Counted from the stretch's first letter, positions 1 through 9,174 are shown. The stretch is DNA of 32,000 bases from Mycobacterium tuberculosis H37Rv (GCF_000195955.2 NC_000962.3:2520001-2552000); one strand, 5' to 3'. Numbers and translations: made by a program. The notes: generated from the sequence alone by a model not told the origin.

Positions 1-1
1 G

Positions 2-712
2 CAGCAGATTGTGCTGGGAGAGGCCGATGCCGCCATCTGCGGCGGCGTGGAGACCAGGATCGAAGCGGTGCCCATCGCCGGGTTCGCTCAGATGCGCATC
101 GTGATGTCCACCAACAACGACGACCCCGCCGGTGCATGCCGCCCATTCGACAGGGACCGCGACGGCTTTGTGTTCGGCGAGGGCGGCGCCCTTCTGTTGA
201 TCGAGACCGAGGAGCACGCCAAGGCACGTGGCGCCAACATCCTGGCCCGGATCATGGGCGCCAGCATCACCTCCGATGGCTTCCACATGGTGGCCCCGGA
301 CCCCAACGGGGAACGCGCCGGGCATGCGATTACGCGGGCGATTCAGCTGGCGGGCCTCGCCCCCGGCGACATCGACCACGTCAATGCGCACGCCACCGGC
401 ACCCAGGTCGGCGACCTGGCCGAAGGCAGGGCCATCAACAACGCCTTGGGCGGCAACCGACCGGCGGTGTACGCCCCCAAGTCTGCCCTCGGCCACTCGG
501 TGGGCGCGGTCGGCGCGGTCGAATCGATCTTGACGGTGCTCGCGTTGCGCGATCAGGTGATCCCGCCGACACTGAATCTGGTAAACCTCGATCCCGAGAT
601 CGATTTGGACGTGGTGGCGGGTGAACCGCGACCGGGCAATTACCGGTATGCGATCAATAACTCGTTCGGATTCGGCGGCCACAACGTGGCAATCGCCTTC
701 GGACGGTACTAA
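2..712 (+). CDS. kasB: 3-oxoacyl-ACP synthase 2 (KasB), C-terminal part, 5' end outside window
   Basis: Open frame (phase 2) from window edge to TAA at 712. Ketosynthase motifs [12 protein letters not shown] and [15 protein letters not shown], and [15 protein letters not shown] near the C-terminus. Followed directly by accD6. Confidence 0.95.
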   Translation, partial: QQIVLGEADAAICGGVETRIEAVPIAGFAQMRIVMSTNNDDPAGACRPFDRDRDGFVFGEGGALLLIETEEHAKARGANILARIMGASITSDGFHMVAPDPNGERAGHAITRAIQLAGLAPGDIDHVNAHATGTQVGDLAEGRAINNALGGNRPAVYAPKSALGHSVGAVGAVESILTVLALRDQVIPPTLNLVNLDPEIDLDVVAGEPRPGNYRYAINNSFGFGGHNVAIAFGRY

Positions 713-742
713 ACCCCAGCGTTACGCGACAGGAGACCTGCG

Positions 743-2164
743 ATGACAATCATGGCCCCCGAGGCGGTTGGCGAGTCGCTCGACCCCCGCGATCCGCTGT
801 TGCGGCTGAGCAACTTCTTCGACGACGGCAGCGTGGAATTGCTGCACGAGCGTGACCGCTCCGGAGTGCTGGCCGCGGCGGGCACCGTCAACGGTGTGCG
901 CACCATCGCGTTCTGCACCGACGGCACCGTGATGGGCGGCGCCATGGGCGTCGAGGGGTGCACGCACATCGTCAACGCCTACGACACTGCCATCGAAGAC
1001 CAGAGTCCCATCGTGGGCATCTGGCATTCGGGTGGTGCCCGGCTGGCTGAAGGTGTGCGGGCGCTGCACGCGGTAGGCCAGGTGTTCGAAGCCATGATCC
1101 GCGCGTCCGGCTACATCCCGCAGATCTCGGTGGTCGTCGGTTTCGCCGCCGGCGGCGCCGCCTACGGACCGGCGTTGACCGACGTCGTCGTCATGGCGCC
1201 GGAAAGCCGGGTGTTCGTCACCGGGCCCGACGTGGTGCGCAGCGTCACCGGCGAGGACGTCGACATGGCCTCGCTCGGTGGGCCGGAGACCCACCACAAG
1301 AAGTCCGGGGTGTGCCACATCGTCGCCGACGACGAACTCGATGCCTACGACCGTGGGCGCCGGTTGGTCGGATTGTTCTGCCAGCAGGGGCATTTCGATC
1401 GCAGCAAGGCCGAGGCCGGTGACACCGACATCCACGCGCTGCTGCCGGAATCCTCGCGACGTGCCTACGACGTGCGTCCGATCGTGACGGCGATCCTCGA
1501 TGCGGACACACCGTTCGACGAGTTCCAGGCCAATTGGGCGCCGTCGATGGTGGTCGGGCTGGGTCGGCTGTCGGGTCGCACGGTGGGTGTACTGGCCAAC
1601 AACCCGCTACGCCTGGGCGGCTGCCTGAACTCCGAAAGCGCAGAGAAGGCAGCGCGTTTCGTGCGGCTGTGCGACGCGTTCGGGATTCCGCTGGTGGTGG
1701 TGGTCGATGTGCCGGGCTATCTGCCCGGTGTCGACCAGGAGTGGGGTGGCGTGGTGCGCCGTGGCGCCAAGTTGCTGCACGCGTTCGGCGAGTGCACCGT
1801 TCCGCGGGTCACGCTGGTCACCCGAAAGACCTACGGCGGGGCATACATTGCGATGAACTCCCGGTCGTTGAACGCGACCAAGGTGTTCGCCTGGCCGGAC
1901 GCCGAGGTCGCGGTGATGGGCGCTAAGGCGGCCGTCGGCATCCTGCACAAGAAGAAGTTGGCCGCCGCTCCGGAGCACGAACGCGAAGCGCTGCACGACC
2001 AGTTGGCCGCCGAGCATGAGCGCATCGCCGGCGGGGTCGACAGTGCGCTGGACATCGGTGTGGTCGACGAGAAGATCGACCCGGCGCATACTCGCAGCAA
2101 GCTCACCGAGGCGCTGGCGCAGGCTCCGGCACGGCGCGGCCGCCACAAGAACATCCCGCTGTAG
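743..2164 (+). CDS. accD6: Acetyl/propionyl-CoA carboxylase beta subunit AccD6
   Basis: 473-aa ORF with carboxyltransferase features (GGAMGVEGCTHIVNAYD, GFAAGGAAYGPALTDVVVM, DVPGYLPGVDQEWGG). Lies immediately after kasB. Confidence 0.95.
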   Translation: MTIMAPEAVGESLDPRDPLLRLSNFFDDGSVELLHERDRSGVLAAAGTVNGVRTIAFCTDGTVMGGAMGVEGCTHIVNAYDTAIEDQSPIVGIWHSGGARLAEGVRALHAVGQVFEAMIRASGYIPQISVVVGFAAGGAAYGPALTDVVVMAPESRVFVTGPDVVRSVTGEDVDMASLGGPETHHKKSGVCHIVADDELDAYDRGRRLVGLFCQQGHFDRSKAEAGDTDIHALLPESSRRAYDVRPIVTAILDADTPFDEFQANWAPSMVVGLGRLSGRTVGVLANNPLRLGGCLNSESAEKAARFVRLCDAFGIPLVVVVDVPGYLPGVDQEWGGVVRRGAKLLHAFGECTVPRVTLVTRKTYGGAYIAMNSRSLNATKVFAWPDAEVAVMGAKAAVGILHKKKLAAAPEHEREALHDQLAAEHERIAGGVDSALDIGVVDEKIDPAHTRSKLTEALAQAPARRGRHKNIPL

Positions 2165-2172
2165 TTCTGACC

Positions 2173-2232
2173 GCGAGCAGACGCAGAATCGCACGCGCGA
2201 GGTCCGCGCCGTGCGATTCTGCGTCTGCTCGC
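2173..2232. terminator. Long perfect hairpin (22-bp arms), TRIT-like terminator after accD6
   Basis: GCGAGCAGACGCAGAATCGCAC (2173-2194) is exactly complementary to GTGCGATTCTGCGTCTGCTCGC (2211-2232). It begins 9 nt after the accD6 stop. Confidence 0.8.
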
Positions 2233-2287
2233 CAGTTATCCCCAGCGGTGGCTGGTCAACGCGAGGCGCTCCTCGCATGCTCGGACG

Positions 2288-3175
2288 GTGCCTACCGACG
2301 CGCTAACAATTCTCGAGAAGGCCGGCGGGTTCGCCACCACCGCGCAATTGCTCACGGTCATGACCCGCCAACAGCTCGACGTCCAAGTGAAAAACGGCGG
2401 CCTCGTTCGCGTTTGGTACGGGGTCTACGCGGCACAAGAGCCGGACCTGTTGGGCCGCTTGGCGGCTCTCGATGTGTTCATGGGGGGGCACGCCGTCGCG
2501 TGTCTGGGCACCGCCGCCGCGTTGTATGGATTCGACACGGAAAACACCGTCGCTATCCATATGCTCGATCCCGGAGTAAGGATGCGGCCCACGGTCGGTC
2601 TGATGGTCCACCAACGCGTCGGTGCCCGGCTCCAACGGGTGTCAGGTCGTCTCGCGACCGCGCCCGCATGGACTGCCGTGGAGGTCGCACGACAGTTGCG
2701 CCGCCCGCGGGCGCTGGCCACCCTCGACGCCGCACTACGGTCAATGCGCTGCGCTCGCAGTGAAATTGAAAACGCCGTTGCTGAGCAGCGAGGCCGCCGA
2801 GGCATCGTCGCGGCGCGCGAACTCTTACCCTTCGCCGACGGACGCGCGGAATCGGCCATGGAGAGCGAGGCTCGGCTCGTCATGATCGACCACGGGCTGC
2901 CGTTGCCCGAACTTCAATACCCGATACACGGCCACGGTGGTGAAATGTGGCGAGTCGACTTCGCCTGGCCCGACATGCGTCTCGCGGCCGAATACGAAAG
3001 CATCGAGTGGCACGCGGGACCGGCGGAGATGCTGCGCGACAAGACACGCTGGGCCAAGCTCCAAGAGCTCGGGTGGACGATTGTCCCGATTGTCGTCGAC
3101 GATGTCAGACGCGAACCCGGCCGCCTGGCGGCCCGCATCGCCCGCCACCTCGACCGCGCGCGTATGGCCGGCTGA
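2288..3175 (+). CDS. Hypothetical protein (Rv2248-like): probable AbiEi-type N-terminal region and C-terminal DUF559/Vsr-like PD-(D/E)XK region
   Basis: 295-aa ORF. N-terminus LTILEKAGGFATTAQLLTVMTRQQLDVQVKNGGLVRVWYGVYA resembles AbiEi winged-helix antitoxin domains. C-terminus WRVDFAWPDMRLAAEYESIEWH...TRWAKLQELGWTIVPI resembles a DUF559 nuclease-like fold. The true start may be internal. Confidence 0.7.
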   Translation: MPTDALTILEKAGGFATTAQLLTVMTRQQLDVQVKNGGLVRVWYGVYAAQEPDLLGRLAALDVFMGGHAVACLGTAAALYGFDTENTVAIHMLDPGVRMRPTVGLMVHQRVGARLQRVSGRLATAPAWTAVEVARQLRRPRALATLDAALRSMRCARSEIENAVAEQRGRRGIVAARELLPFADGRAESAMESEARLVMIDHGLPLPELQYPIHGHGGEMWRVDFAWPDMRLAAEYESIEWHAGPAEMLRDKTRWAKLQELGWTIVPIVVDDVRREPGRLAARIARHLDRARMAG

Positions 3176-3183
3176 CCGCTGGT

Positions 3184-3236
3184 GAGCAGACGCAGAGTCG
3201 CACTGCGGCCGGCGCAGTGCGACTCTGCGTCTGCTC
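3184..3236. terminator. Long perfect hairpin (24-bp arms) between convergent genes
   Basis: GAGCAGACGCAGAGTCGCACTGCG (3184-3207) is complementary to CGCAGTGCGACTCTGCGTCTGCTC (3213-3236), 5-nt loop. It sits between the Rv2248-like stop (3175) and the glpD1 stop (3241). Confidence 0.82.
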
Positions 3237-3240
3237 GCGC

Positions 3241-4791
3241 TCAACGGCTGAGGAACTCCTTAGCCACGGCGACTACGCGCTCGCGATCCCGTGGCACCAG
3301 ACCGATCCGGGTCCGGCGGTCGAGGATATCGTCCACATCCAGCGCCCCCTCATGGGTCACCGCGTATTCGAACTCCGCCCGGGTCACGTCGATGCCGTCG
3401 GCGACCGGCTCGGTGGGCCGCTCACATGTGGCGGCGGCAGCGACGTTGGCCGCCTCGGCCCCGTACCGCGCCACCAGCGACTCGGGCAATCCGGCGCCCG
3501 ATCCGGGGGCCGGCCCAGGGTTCGCCGGTGCGCCGATCAGCGGCAGGTTGCGAGTGCGGCACTTCGCGGCTCGCAGGTGTCGCAGCGTGATGGCGCGATT
3601 CAGCACATCCTCTGCCATGTAGCGGTATTCCGTCAGCTTGCCGCCGACCACACTGATCACGCCCGACGGCGATTCAAAAACAGCGTGGTCACGCGAAACG
3701 TCGGCGGTGCGGCCCTGGACACCAGCACCGCCGGTGTCGATTAGCGGCCGCAATCCCGCATAGGCACCGATGACATCCTTGGTGCCGACCGCCGTCCCCA
3801 ATGCGGTGTTCACCGTATCCAGCAGGAACGTGATCTCTTCCGAAGACGGTTGTGGCACATCGGGAATCGGGCCGGGTGCGTCTTCGTCGGTCAGCCCGAG
3901 ATAGATCCGGCCCAGCTGCTCGGGCATGGCGAACACGAAGCGGTTCAGCTCACCGGGGATCGGAATGGTCAGCGCGGCAGTCGGATTGGCAAACGACTTC
4001 GCGTCGAAGACCAGATGTGTGCCGCGGCTGGGGCGTAGCCTCAGGGACGGGTCGATCTCACCCGCCCACACGCCCGCCGCGTTGATGACGGCACGCGCCG
4101 ACAGCGCGAACGACTGCCGGGTGCGCCGGTCGGTCAACTCCACCGAAGTGCCGGTGACATTCGACGCGCCCACGTAAGTGAGGATGCGGGCGCCGTGCTG
4201 GGCCGCGGTGCGCGCGACGGCCATGACCAGCCGGGCGTCGTCGATCAATTGCCCGTCGTACGCGAGCAGACCACCGTCGAGGCCGTCCCGCCGAACGGTG
4301 GGAGCAATCTCCACCACCCGTGACGCCGGGATTCGGCGCGATCGGGGCAACGTCGCCGCCGGCGTACCCGCTAGCACCCGCAAAGCGTCGCCGGCCAGGA
4401 AACCGGCACGCACCAACGCCCGCTTGGTGTGACCCATCGACGGCAACAACGGGACCAGTTGCGGCATGGCATGCACGAGATGAGGAGCGTTGCGTGTCAT
4501 CAGGATTCCGCGTTCGACGGCGCTGCGCCGGGCGATGCCCACGTTGCCGCTGGCCAGATAGCGCAGACCGCCGTGCACCAACTTCGAGCTCCAGCGGCTG
4601 GTGCCGAACGCCAGATCATGCTTTTCCACCAAGGCCACCGTCAGACCGCGGGTGGCAGCATCTAAGGCAATGCCAACACCGGTAATGCCGCCGCCTATCA
4701 CGATGACGTCGAGTGCGCCACCGTCGGCCAGTGCGGTCAGGTCGGCGGAGCGACGCGCCGCGTTGAGTGCAGCCGAGTGGGGCATCAGCAC
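3241..4791 (-). CDS. glpD1: FAD-dependent glycerol-3-phosphate dehydrogenase GlpD1
   Basis: 516-aa ORF. FAD motif DVIVIGGGITGVGIALDAATRGLTVALVEK; AFGTSRWSSKLVHGGLRYLA; GVISVVGGKLTEYRYMAED. Confidence 0.93.
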   Translation of the reverse strand: MLMPHSAALNAARRSADLTALADGGALDVIVIGGGITGVGIALDAATRGLTVALVEKHDLAFGTSRWSSKLVHGGLRYLASGNVGIARRSAVERGILMTRNAPHLVHAMPQLVPLLPSMGHTKRALVRAGFLAGDALRVLAGTPAATLPRSRRIPASRVVEIAPTVRRDGLDGGLLAYDGQLIDDARLVMAVARTAAQHGARILTYVGASNVTGTSVELTDRRTRQSFALSARAVINAAGVWAGEIDPSLRLRPSRGTHLVFDAKSFANPTAALTIPIPGELNRFVFAMPEQLGRIYLGLTDEDAPGPIPDVPQPSSEEITFLLDTVNTALGTAVGTKDVIGAYAGLRPLIDTGGAGVQGRTADVSRDHAVFESPSGVISVVGGKLTEYRYMAEDVLNRAITLRHLRAAKCRTRNLPLIGAPANPGPAPGSGAGLPESLVARYGAEAANVAAAATCERPTEPVADGIDVTRAEFEYAVTHEGALDVDDILDRRTRIGLVPRDRERVVAVAKEFLSR

Positions 4792-5354
4792 AAATATCCG
4801 TTCAGTGCGTGGGTAAGTTCGGTGGCCAGCGCGGCGGAATCGAGGATCGAATCGACGATGTCCGCGGACTGGATGGTCGACTGGGCGATCAGCAACACCA
4901 TGGTCGCCAGTCGACGAGCGTCGCCGGAGCGCACACTGCCCGACCGCTGCGCCACTGTCAGCCGGGCGGCCAACCCCTCGATCAGGACCTGCTGGCTGGT
5001 GCCGAGGCGCTCGGTGATGTACACCCTGGCCAGCTCCGAGTGCATGACCGACATGATCAGATCGTCACCCCGCAACCGGTCGGCCACCGCGACAATCTGC
5101 TTTACCAACGCTTCCCGGTCGTCCCCGTCGAGGGGCACCTCCCGCAGCACGTCGGCGATATGGCTGGTCAGCATGGACGCCATGATCGACCGGGTGTCCG
5201 GCCAGCGACGGTATACGGTCGGGCGGCTCACGCCCGCGCGCCGGGCGATCTCGGCAAGTGTCACCCGGTCCACGCCGTAATCGACGACGCAGCTCGCCGC
5301 TGCCCGCAGGATACGACCACCGGTATCCGCGCGGTCATTACTCATTGACAGCAT
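4785..5354 (-). CDS. TetR-family transcriptional regulator (Rv2250c-like)
   Basis: 189 aa from ATG at 5354. N-terminal HTH VTLAEIARRAGVSRPTVYRRWPDTRSIM. The stop overlaps the start of glpD1 (4785-4791). Confidence 0.88.
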   Translation of the reverse strand: MLSMSNDRADTGGRILRAAASCVVDYGVDRVTLAEIARRAGVSRPTVYRRWPDTRSIMASMLTSHIADVLREVPLDGDDREALVKQIVAVADRLRGDDLIMSVMHSELARVYITERLGTSQQVLIEGLAARLTVAQRSGSVRSGDARRLATMVLLIAQSTIQSADIVDSILDSAALATELTHALNGYLC

Positions 5355-5401
5355 GTGTAATACTGTAACGCGTGACTCACCGCGAGGAACTCCTTCCACC
5401 G

Positions 5402-6992
5402 ATGAAATGGGACGCGTGGGGAGATCCCGCCGCGGCCAAGCCACTTTCTGATGGCGTCCGGTCGTTGCTGAAGCAGGTTGTGGGCCTAGCGGACTCGGAG
5501 CAGCCCGAACTCGACCCCGCGCAGGTGCAGCTGCGCCCGTCCGCCCTGTCGGGGGCAGACCACGATGCGCTGGCGCGCATCGTCGGCACCGAGTATTTCC
5601 GCACCGCCGATCGCGACCGGCTGCTGCACGCCGGCGGCAAGTCCACCCCAGACCTGCTGCGGCGCAAAGACACCGGTGTCCAGGATGCGCCCGACGCGGT
5701 GTTGCTGCCCGGCGGCCCCAACGGGGGAGGACGCCGTCGCCGACATCTTGCACTACTGCTCCGACCACGGCATTGCCGTGGTCCCGTTTGGTGGCGGCAC
5801 CAGCGTCGTTGGTGGGCTTGACCCCGTTCGCAACGACTTTCGCGCGGTGATCTCCCTGGATATGCGGCGCTTCGACCGGCTGCACCGGATCGATGAGGTG
5901 TCCGGCGAGGCCGAACTGGAGGCCGGTGTCACCGGGCCGGAAGCCGAACGTCTGCTCGGCGAACATGGCTTCTCGCTCGGGCACTTCCCGCAGAGCTTCG
6001 AGTTCGCCACCATCGGGGGGTTCGCGGCCACCCGCTCGTCAGGCCAGGACTCGGCTGGCTATGGCCGGTTCAACGACATGATTCTTGGGCTGCGCATGAT
6101 CACTCCGGTGGGGGTGCTGGATCTGGGTCGAGTGCCGGCGTCGGCGGCCGGCCCGGACCTGCGCCAGCTGGCGATCGGCTCCGAAGGCGTCTTCGGCGTC
6201 ATCACCCGGGTGCGGCTGCGGGTGCACCGGATTCCGGAATCGACGCGTTACGAGGCGTGGTCGTTTCCCGATTTCGCGACCGGGGTTGCGGCGCTGCGCA
6301 CCATCACCCAAACCGGCACCGGCCCCACCGTCGTTCGGCTCTCTGACGAGGCCGAAACCGGCGTCAACCTCGCCACCACCGAGGCGATCGGGGAAACCCA
6401 AATCACCGGCGGCTGTTTGGGGATCACCGTGTTCGAGGGCACCCAGGAACACACCGAGAGCAGGCACGCCGAGACGCGCGCGTTGCTGGCGGCCCGAGGC
6501 GGCACCTCGTTGGGCGAAGGACCGGCGCGGGCCTGGGAACGCGGCAGGTTCGCCGCGCCGTATCTGCGTGACTCCCTGTTGGCCGCGGGAGCGCTCTGCG
6601 AGACCCTCGAGACCGCCACGGTGTGGTCCAACACCCCCGTGCTGAAGGCCGCCGTGACCGAAGCGCTCACCACCTCGCTGGCCGCATCGGGTACACCGGC
6701 GCTGGTGATGTGCCACGTGTCGCACGTGTATCCCACCGGCGCGTCGTTGTACTTCACCGTTGTCGCCGGGCAGCGAGGCGATCCGATCGAGCAGTGGCTG
6801 GCCGCCAAGAAGGCGGCGTCGGATGCGATCATGGCCACCGGAGGAACGATCACGCACCACCATGCGGTTGGTTCCGACCACCGCCCCTGGATGCGCGCGG
6901 AGGTGGGTGATCTGGGCGTGACATTGTTGCGCACGATCAAGGCGACGCTGGATCCGGCCGGAATTCTCAACCCTGGCAAGCTGATTCCATGA
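5402..6992 (+). pseudogene. FAD-binding flavoprotein resembling alkyldihydroxyacetonephosphate synthase (AGPS), split by a frameshift (Rv2250A + Rv2251 in H37Rv numbering)
   Basis: Frame 5402-5821 gives MKWDAWGDP...YFRTADRDRLLHAGGKSTPDLLRRKDTGVQDAPDAVLLPG. FAD-domain coding then continues in another frame as DAVADILHYCSDHGIAVVPFGGGTSVVGG...GGTITHHHAVGSDHRPWM to 6992. The switch maps to the G5 run at 5723-5727. Confidence 0.85.
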
Positions 6993-7918
6993 GCGCCGGG
7001 CAGCTGCGCCGGCATGAGATCGGCAAGGTCACCGCGCTGACCAATCCCCTGTCAGGCCATGGCGCCGCCGTAAAGGCTGCACACGGCGCGATCGCCCGGC
7101 TGAAGCATCGGGGGGTGGACGTCGTCGAGATCGTCGGCGGGGACGCCCACGACGCACGCCATCTGCTCGCCGCGGCAGTCGCAAAAGGCACTGACGCGGT
7201 GATGGTGACCGGCGGTGACGGAGTCGTCTCCAACGCGCTACAGGTCTTGGCGGGCACCGACATTCCGTTAGGAATCATTCCGGCCGGCACTGGTAACGAC
7301 CACGCACGCGAATTCGGGCTTCCCACAAAGAATCCCAAGGCAGCCGCAGATATCGTTGTTGACGGCTGGACGGAAACCATTGACCTGGGCCGGATTCAAG
7401 ACGACAACGGTATCGAAAAGTGGTTCGGTACCGTGGCGGCTACCGGATTCGACTCCCTGGTCAACGATCGCGCCAACCGAATGCGCTGGCCACACGGGCG
7501 GATGCGCTATTACATCGCGATGCTCGCCGAACTGTCGCGGCTGCGGCCGTTGCCGTTCCGGCTGGTGCTCGACGGCACCGAAGAGATCGTCGCCGACCTC
7601 ACACTTGCCGACTTCGGCAATACCCGCAGCTACGGCGGCGGATTATTGATCTGCCCCAACGCCGACCACTCGGACGGCCTGCTCGACATCACCATGGCCC
7701 AGTCGGATTCCCGTACCAAGTTGCTCCGCCTGTTCCCCACCATTTTCAAAGGCGCCCATGTCGAGCTTGACGAGGTGAGCACCACACGAGCCAAGACAGT
7801 CCACGTCGAGTGCCCCGGTATCAACGTCTATGCCGACGGCGACTTCGCCTGCCCGTTACCAGCCGAGATCTCCGCGGTGCCGGCCGCCCTTCAGGTTCTT
7901 CGCCCCCGCCACGGATAA
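6989..7918 (+). CDS. Diacylglycerol/lipid kinase family protein (Rv2252-like)
   Basis: 309-aa ORF. DAGK motifs VMVTGGDGVVSNALQVLAGTDIPLGIIPAGTGNDHAREFGLP. Overlaps the preceding stop by 4 nt (ATGA). Confidence 0.9.
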   Translation: MSAGQLRRHEIGKVTALTNPLSGHGAAVKAAHGAIARLKHRGVDVVEIVGGDAHDARHLLAAAVAKGTDAVMVTGGDGVVSNALQVLAGTDIPLGIIPAGTGNDHAREFGLPTKNPKAAADIVVDGWTETIDLGRIQDDNGIEKWFGTVAATGFDSLVNDRANRMRWPHGRMRYYIAMLAELSRLRPLPFRLVLDGTEEIVADLTLADFGNTRSYGGGLLICPNADHSDGLLDITMAQSDSRTKLLRLFPTIFKGAHVELDEVSTTRAKTVHVECPGINVYADGDFACPLPAEISAVPAALQVLRPRHG

Positions 7919-7983
7919 GCGGGTGGTAACGACTCGGTCGTAAAGCGCGACATCCTTCCAAACCCGCTGTACGGGAGGAACAG

Positions 7984-8487
7984 ATGTCCGGACACCGCAA
8001 GAAGGCAATGCTCGCCTTGGCGGCTGCGTCGCTGGCAGCGACGCTGGCCCCGAACGCAGTCGCGGCCGCAGAACCGTCGTGGAACGGGCAGTACCTCGTG
8101 ACGTTGTCTGCCAACGCGAAAACCGGCACCAGCATGGCGGCCAACCGGCCAGAGTATCCACACAAAGCGAACTACACGTTCAGCTCGCGCTGCGCGTCCG
8201 ATGTCTGCATTGCCACCGTGGTCGACGCTCCGCCACCAAAAAACGAGTTCATCCCGCGGCCAATCGAATACACCTGGAATGGGACTCAATGGGTACGGGA
8301 GATCAGCTGGCAATGGGACTGCCTGCTACCCGACGGCACAATCGAATATGCCCCAGCCAAATCGATCACGGCCTACACGCCCGGTCAGTACGGAATCCTC
8401 ACCGGCGTCTTTCATACCGATATCGCCAGCGGCACGTGTAAAGGCAATGTCGACATGCCAGTGTCGGCCAAACCGATCGTTGGCTGA
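7984..8487 (+). CDS. Secreted protein of unknown function (Rv2253-like)
   Basis: 167-aa ORF with N-terminal signal peptide MSGHRKKAMLALAAASLAATLAPNAVAAAEPS. An upstream GGAGG precedes the ATG. Confidence 0.8.
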   Translation: MSGHRKKAMLALAAASLAATLAPNAVAAAEPSWNGQYLVTLSANAKTGTSMAANRPEYPHKANYTFSSRCASDVCIATVVDAPPPKNEFIPRPIEYTWNGTQWVREISWQWDCLLPDGTIEYAPAKSITAYTPGQYGILTGVFHTDIASGTCKGNVDMPVSAKPIVG

Positions 8488-8519
8488 CGTTGCCAGCCCT
8501 GCCGAGCATGGGCGGCACA

Positions 8520-8975
8520 TCACGCAAACGCATGGACGACCAGCACAGCCCCGAATGCGGCGATAACGGCGTTGCCGGCAAGGACTGTCATCCGACGGAC
8601 GCGGGCGGTCGCCCGGGACCTGAGAAACGCTCCCGCCGAGACAAGCAGCAACTGCCAGAGCAACGACGCGAGCGCTACCCCGACCACAACAGCGATCGCG
8701 GTCGTTGCGCGCAACGCGCGCGCCAGCGTCACGGCTACTGCGGTGAAGTACACGAACGTGGCCGGGTTGATCGCCGTTAGGCCGAAGATCAACGCAAACC
8801 GAACACAGCCCAGCTGTTTTTGTGGGGCCGGAACCGGCTCCGGCGATGGACGCAACCCGTGCCCGATTCCCATCGCAGCGATGACCAGCAGCACGATCGC
8901 ACCGACGATTTCGGGCCAAACCCTCAACACGTTGATCGTCGGTGCCGCAACTGTCTCCAAATCGCGGTAGCGCAA
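8520..8975 (-). CDS. LysE/ArgO-like exporter lacking the usual N-terminal helices (Rv2254c-like)
   Basis: 151 aa, hydrophobic. KQLGCVRFALIFGLTAINPATFVYFTAVAV matches the central LysE/ArgO region; the canonical N-terminal segment is absent. Confidence 0.72.
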   Translation of the reverse strand: MRYRDLETVAAPTINVLRVWPEIVGAIVLLVIAAMGIGHGLRPSPEPVPAPQKQLGCVRFALIFGLTAINPATFVYFTAVAVTLARALRATTAIAVVVGVALASLLWQLLLVSAGAFLRSRATARVRRMTVLAGNAVIAAFGAVLVVHAFA

Positions 8976-8979
8976 TACG

Positions 8980-9174
8980 CTACGTCGACAAGGGCGACCG
9001 CCGCGGCGGCCGGTATTCCACGACGCCAGCCGCGCTCAACACCTGCTTGCCGAGGAAAGCGTTCCCGGTGGCGGCATCGAGGCGTTTGTCGATGTGCGAC
9101 TTCGACCGGCGGAGGACAGCGACGACTTTCTGGCATGGTCGAGCACGGACACCACGATCGACGATGCCGTCCAC
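8980..9174 (-). CDS. Small hypothetical ORF annotated as Rv2255c in H37Rv, probably spurious
   Basis: 64-aa ORF with no recognisable features. It lies antisense to an Lrp-like reading frame. Confidence 0.2.
   Translation of the reverse strand: MDGIVDRGVRARPCQKVVAVLRRSKSHIDKRLDAATGNAFLGKQVLSAAGVVEYRPPRRSPLST

Noticed and set aside
1607-2278. 223-aa minus-strand ORF opposite accD6
   Set aside because: High-GC antisense shadow of accD6. Its N-terminus runs through the terminator hairpin.
5355-5984. N-terminal extension of the TetR ORF to 5984
   Set aside because: Antisense to the flavoprotein. The TetR family start is at 5354.
6039-6881. 280-aa minus-strand ORF opposite the flavoprotein
   Set aside because: Arg/Gly-rich antisense translation; the plus strand carries the HHH-motif flavoprotein.
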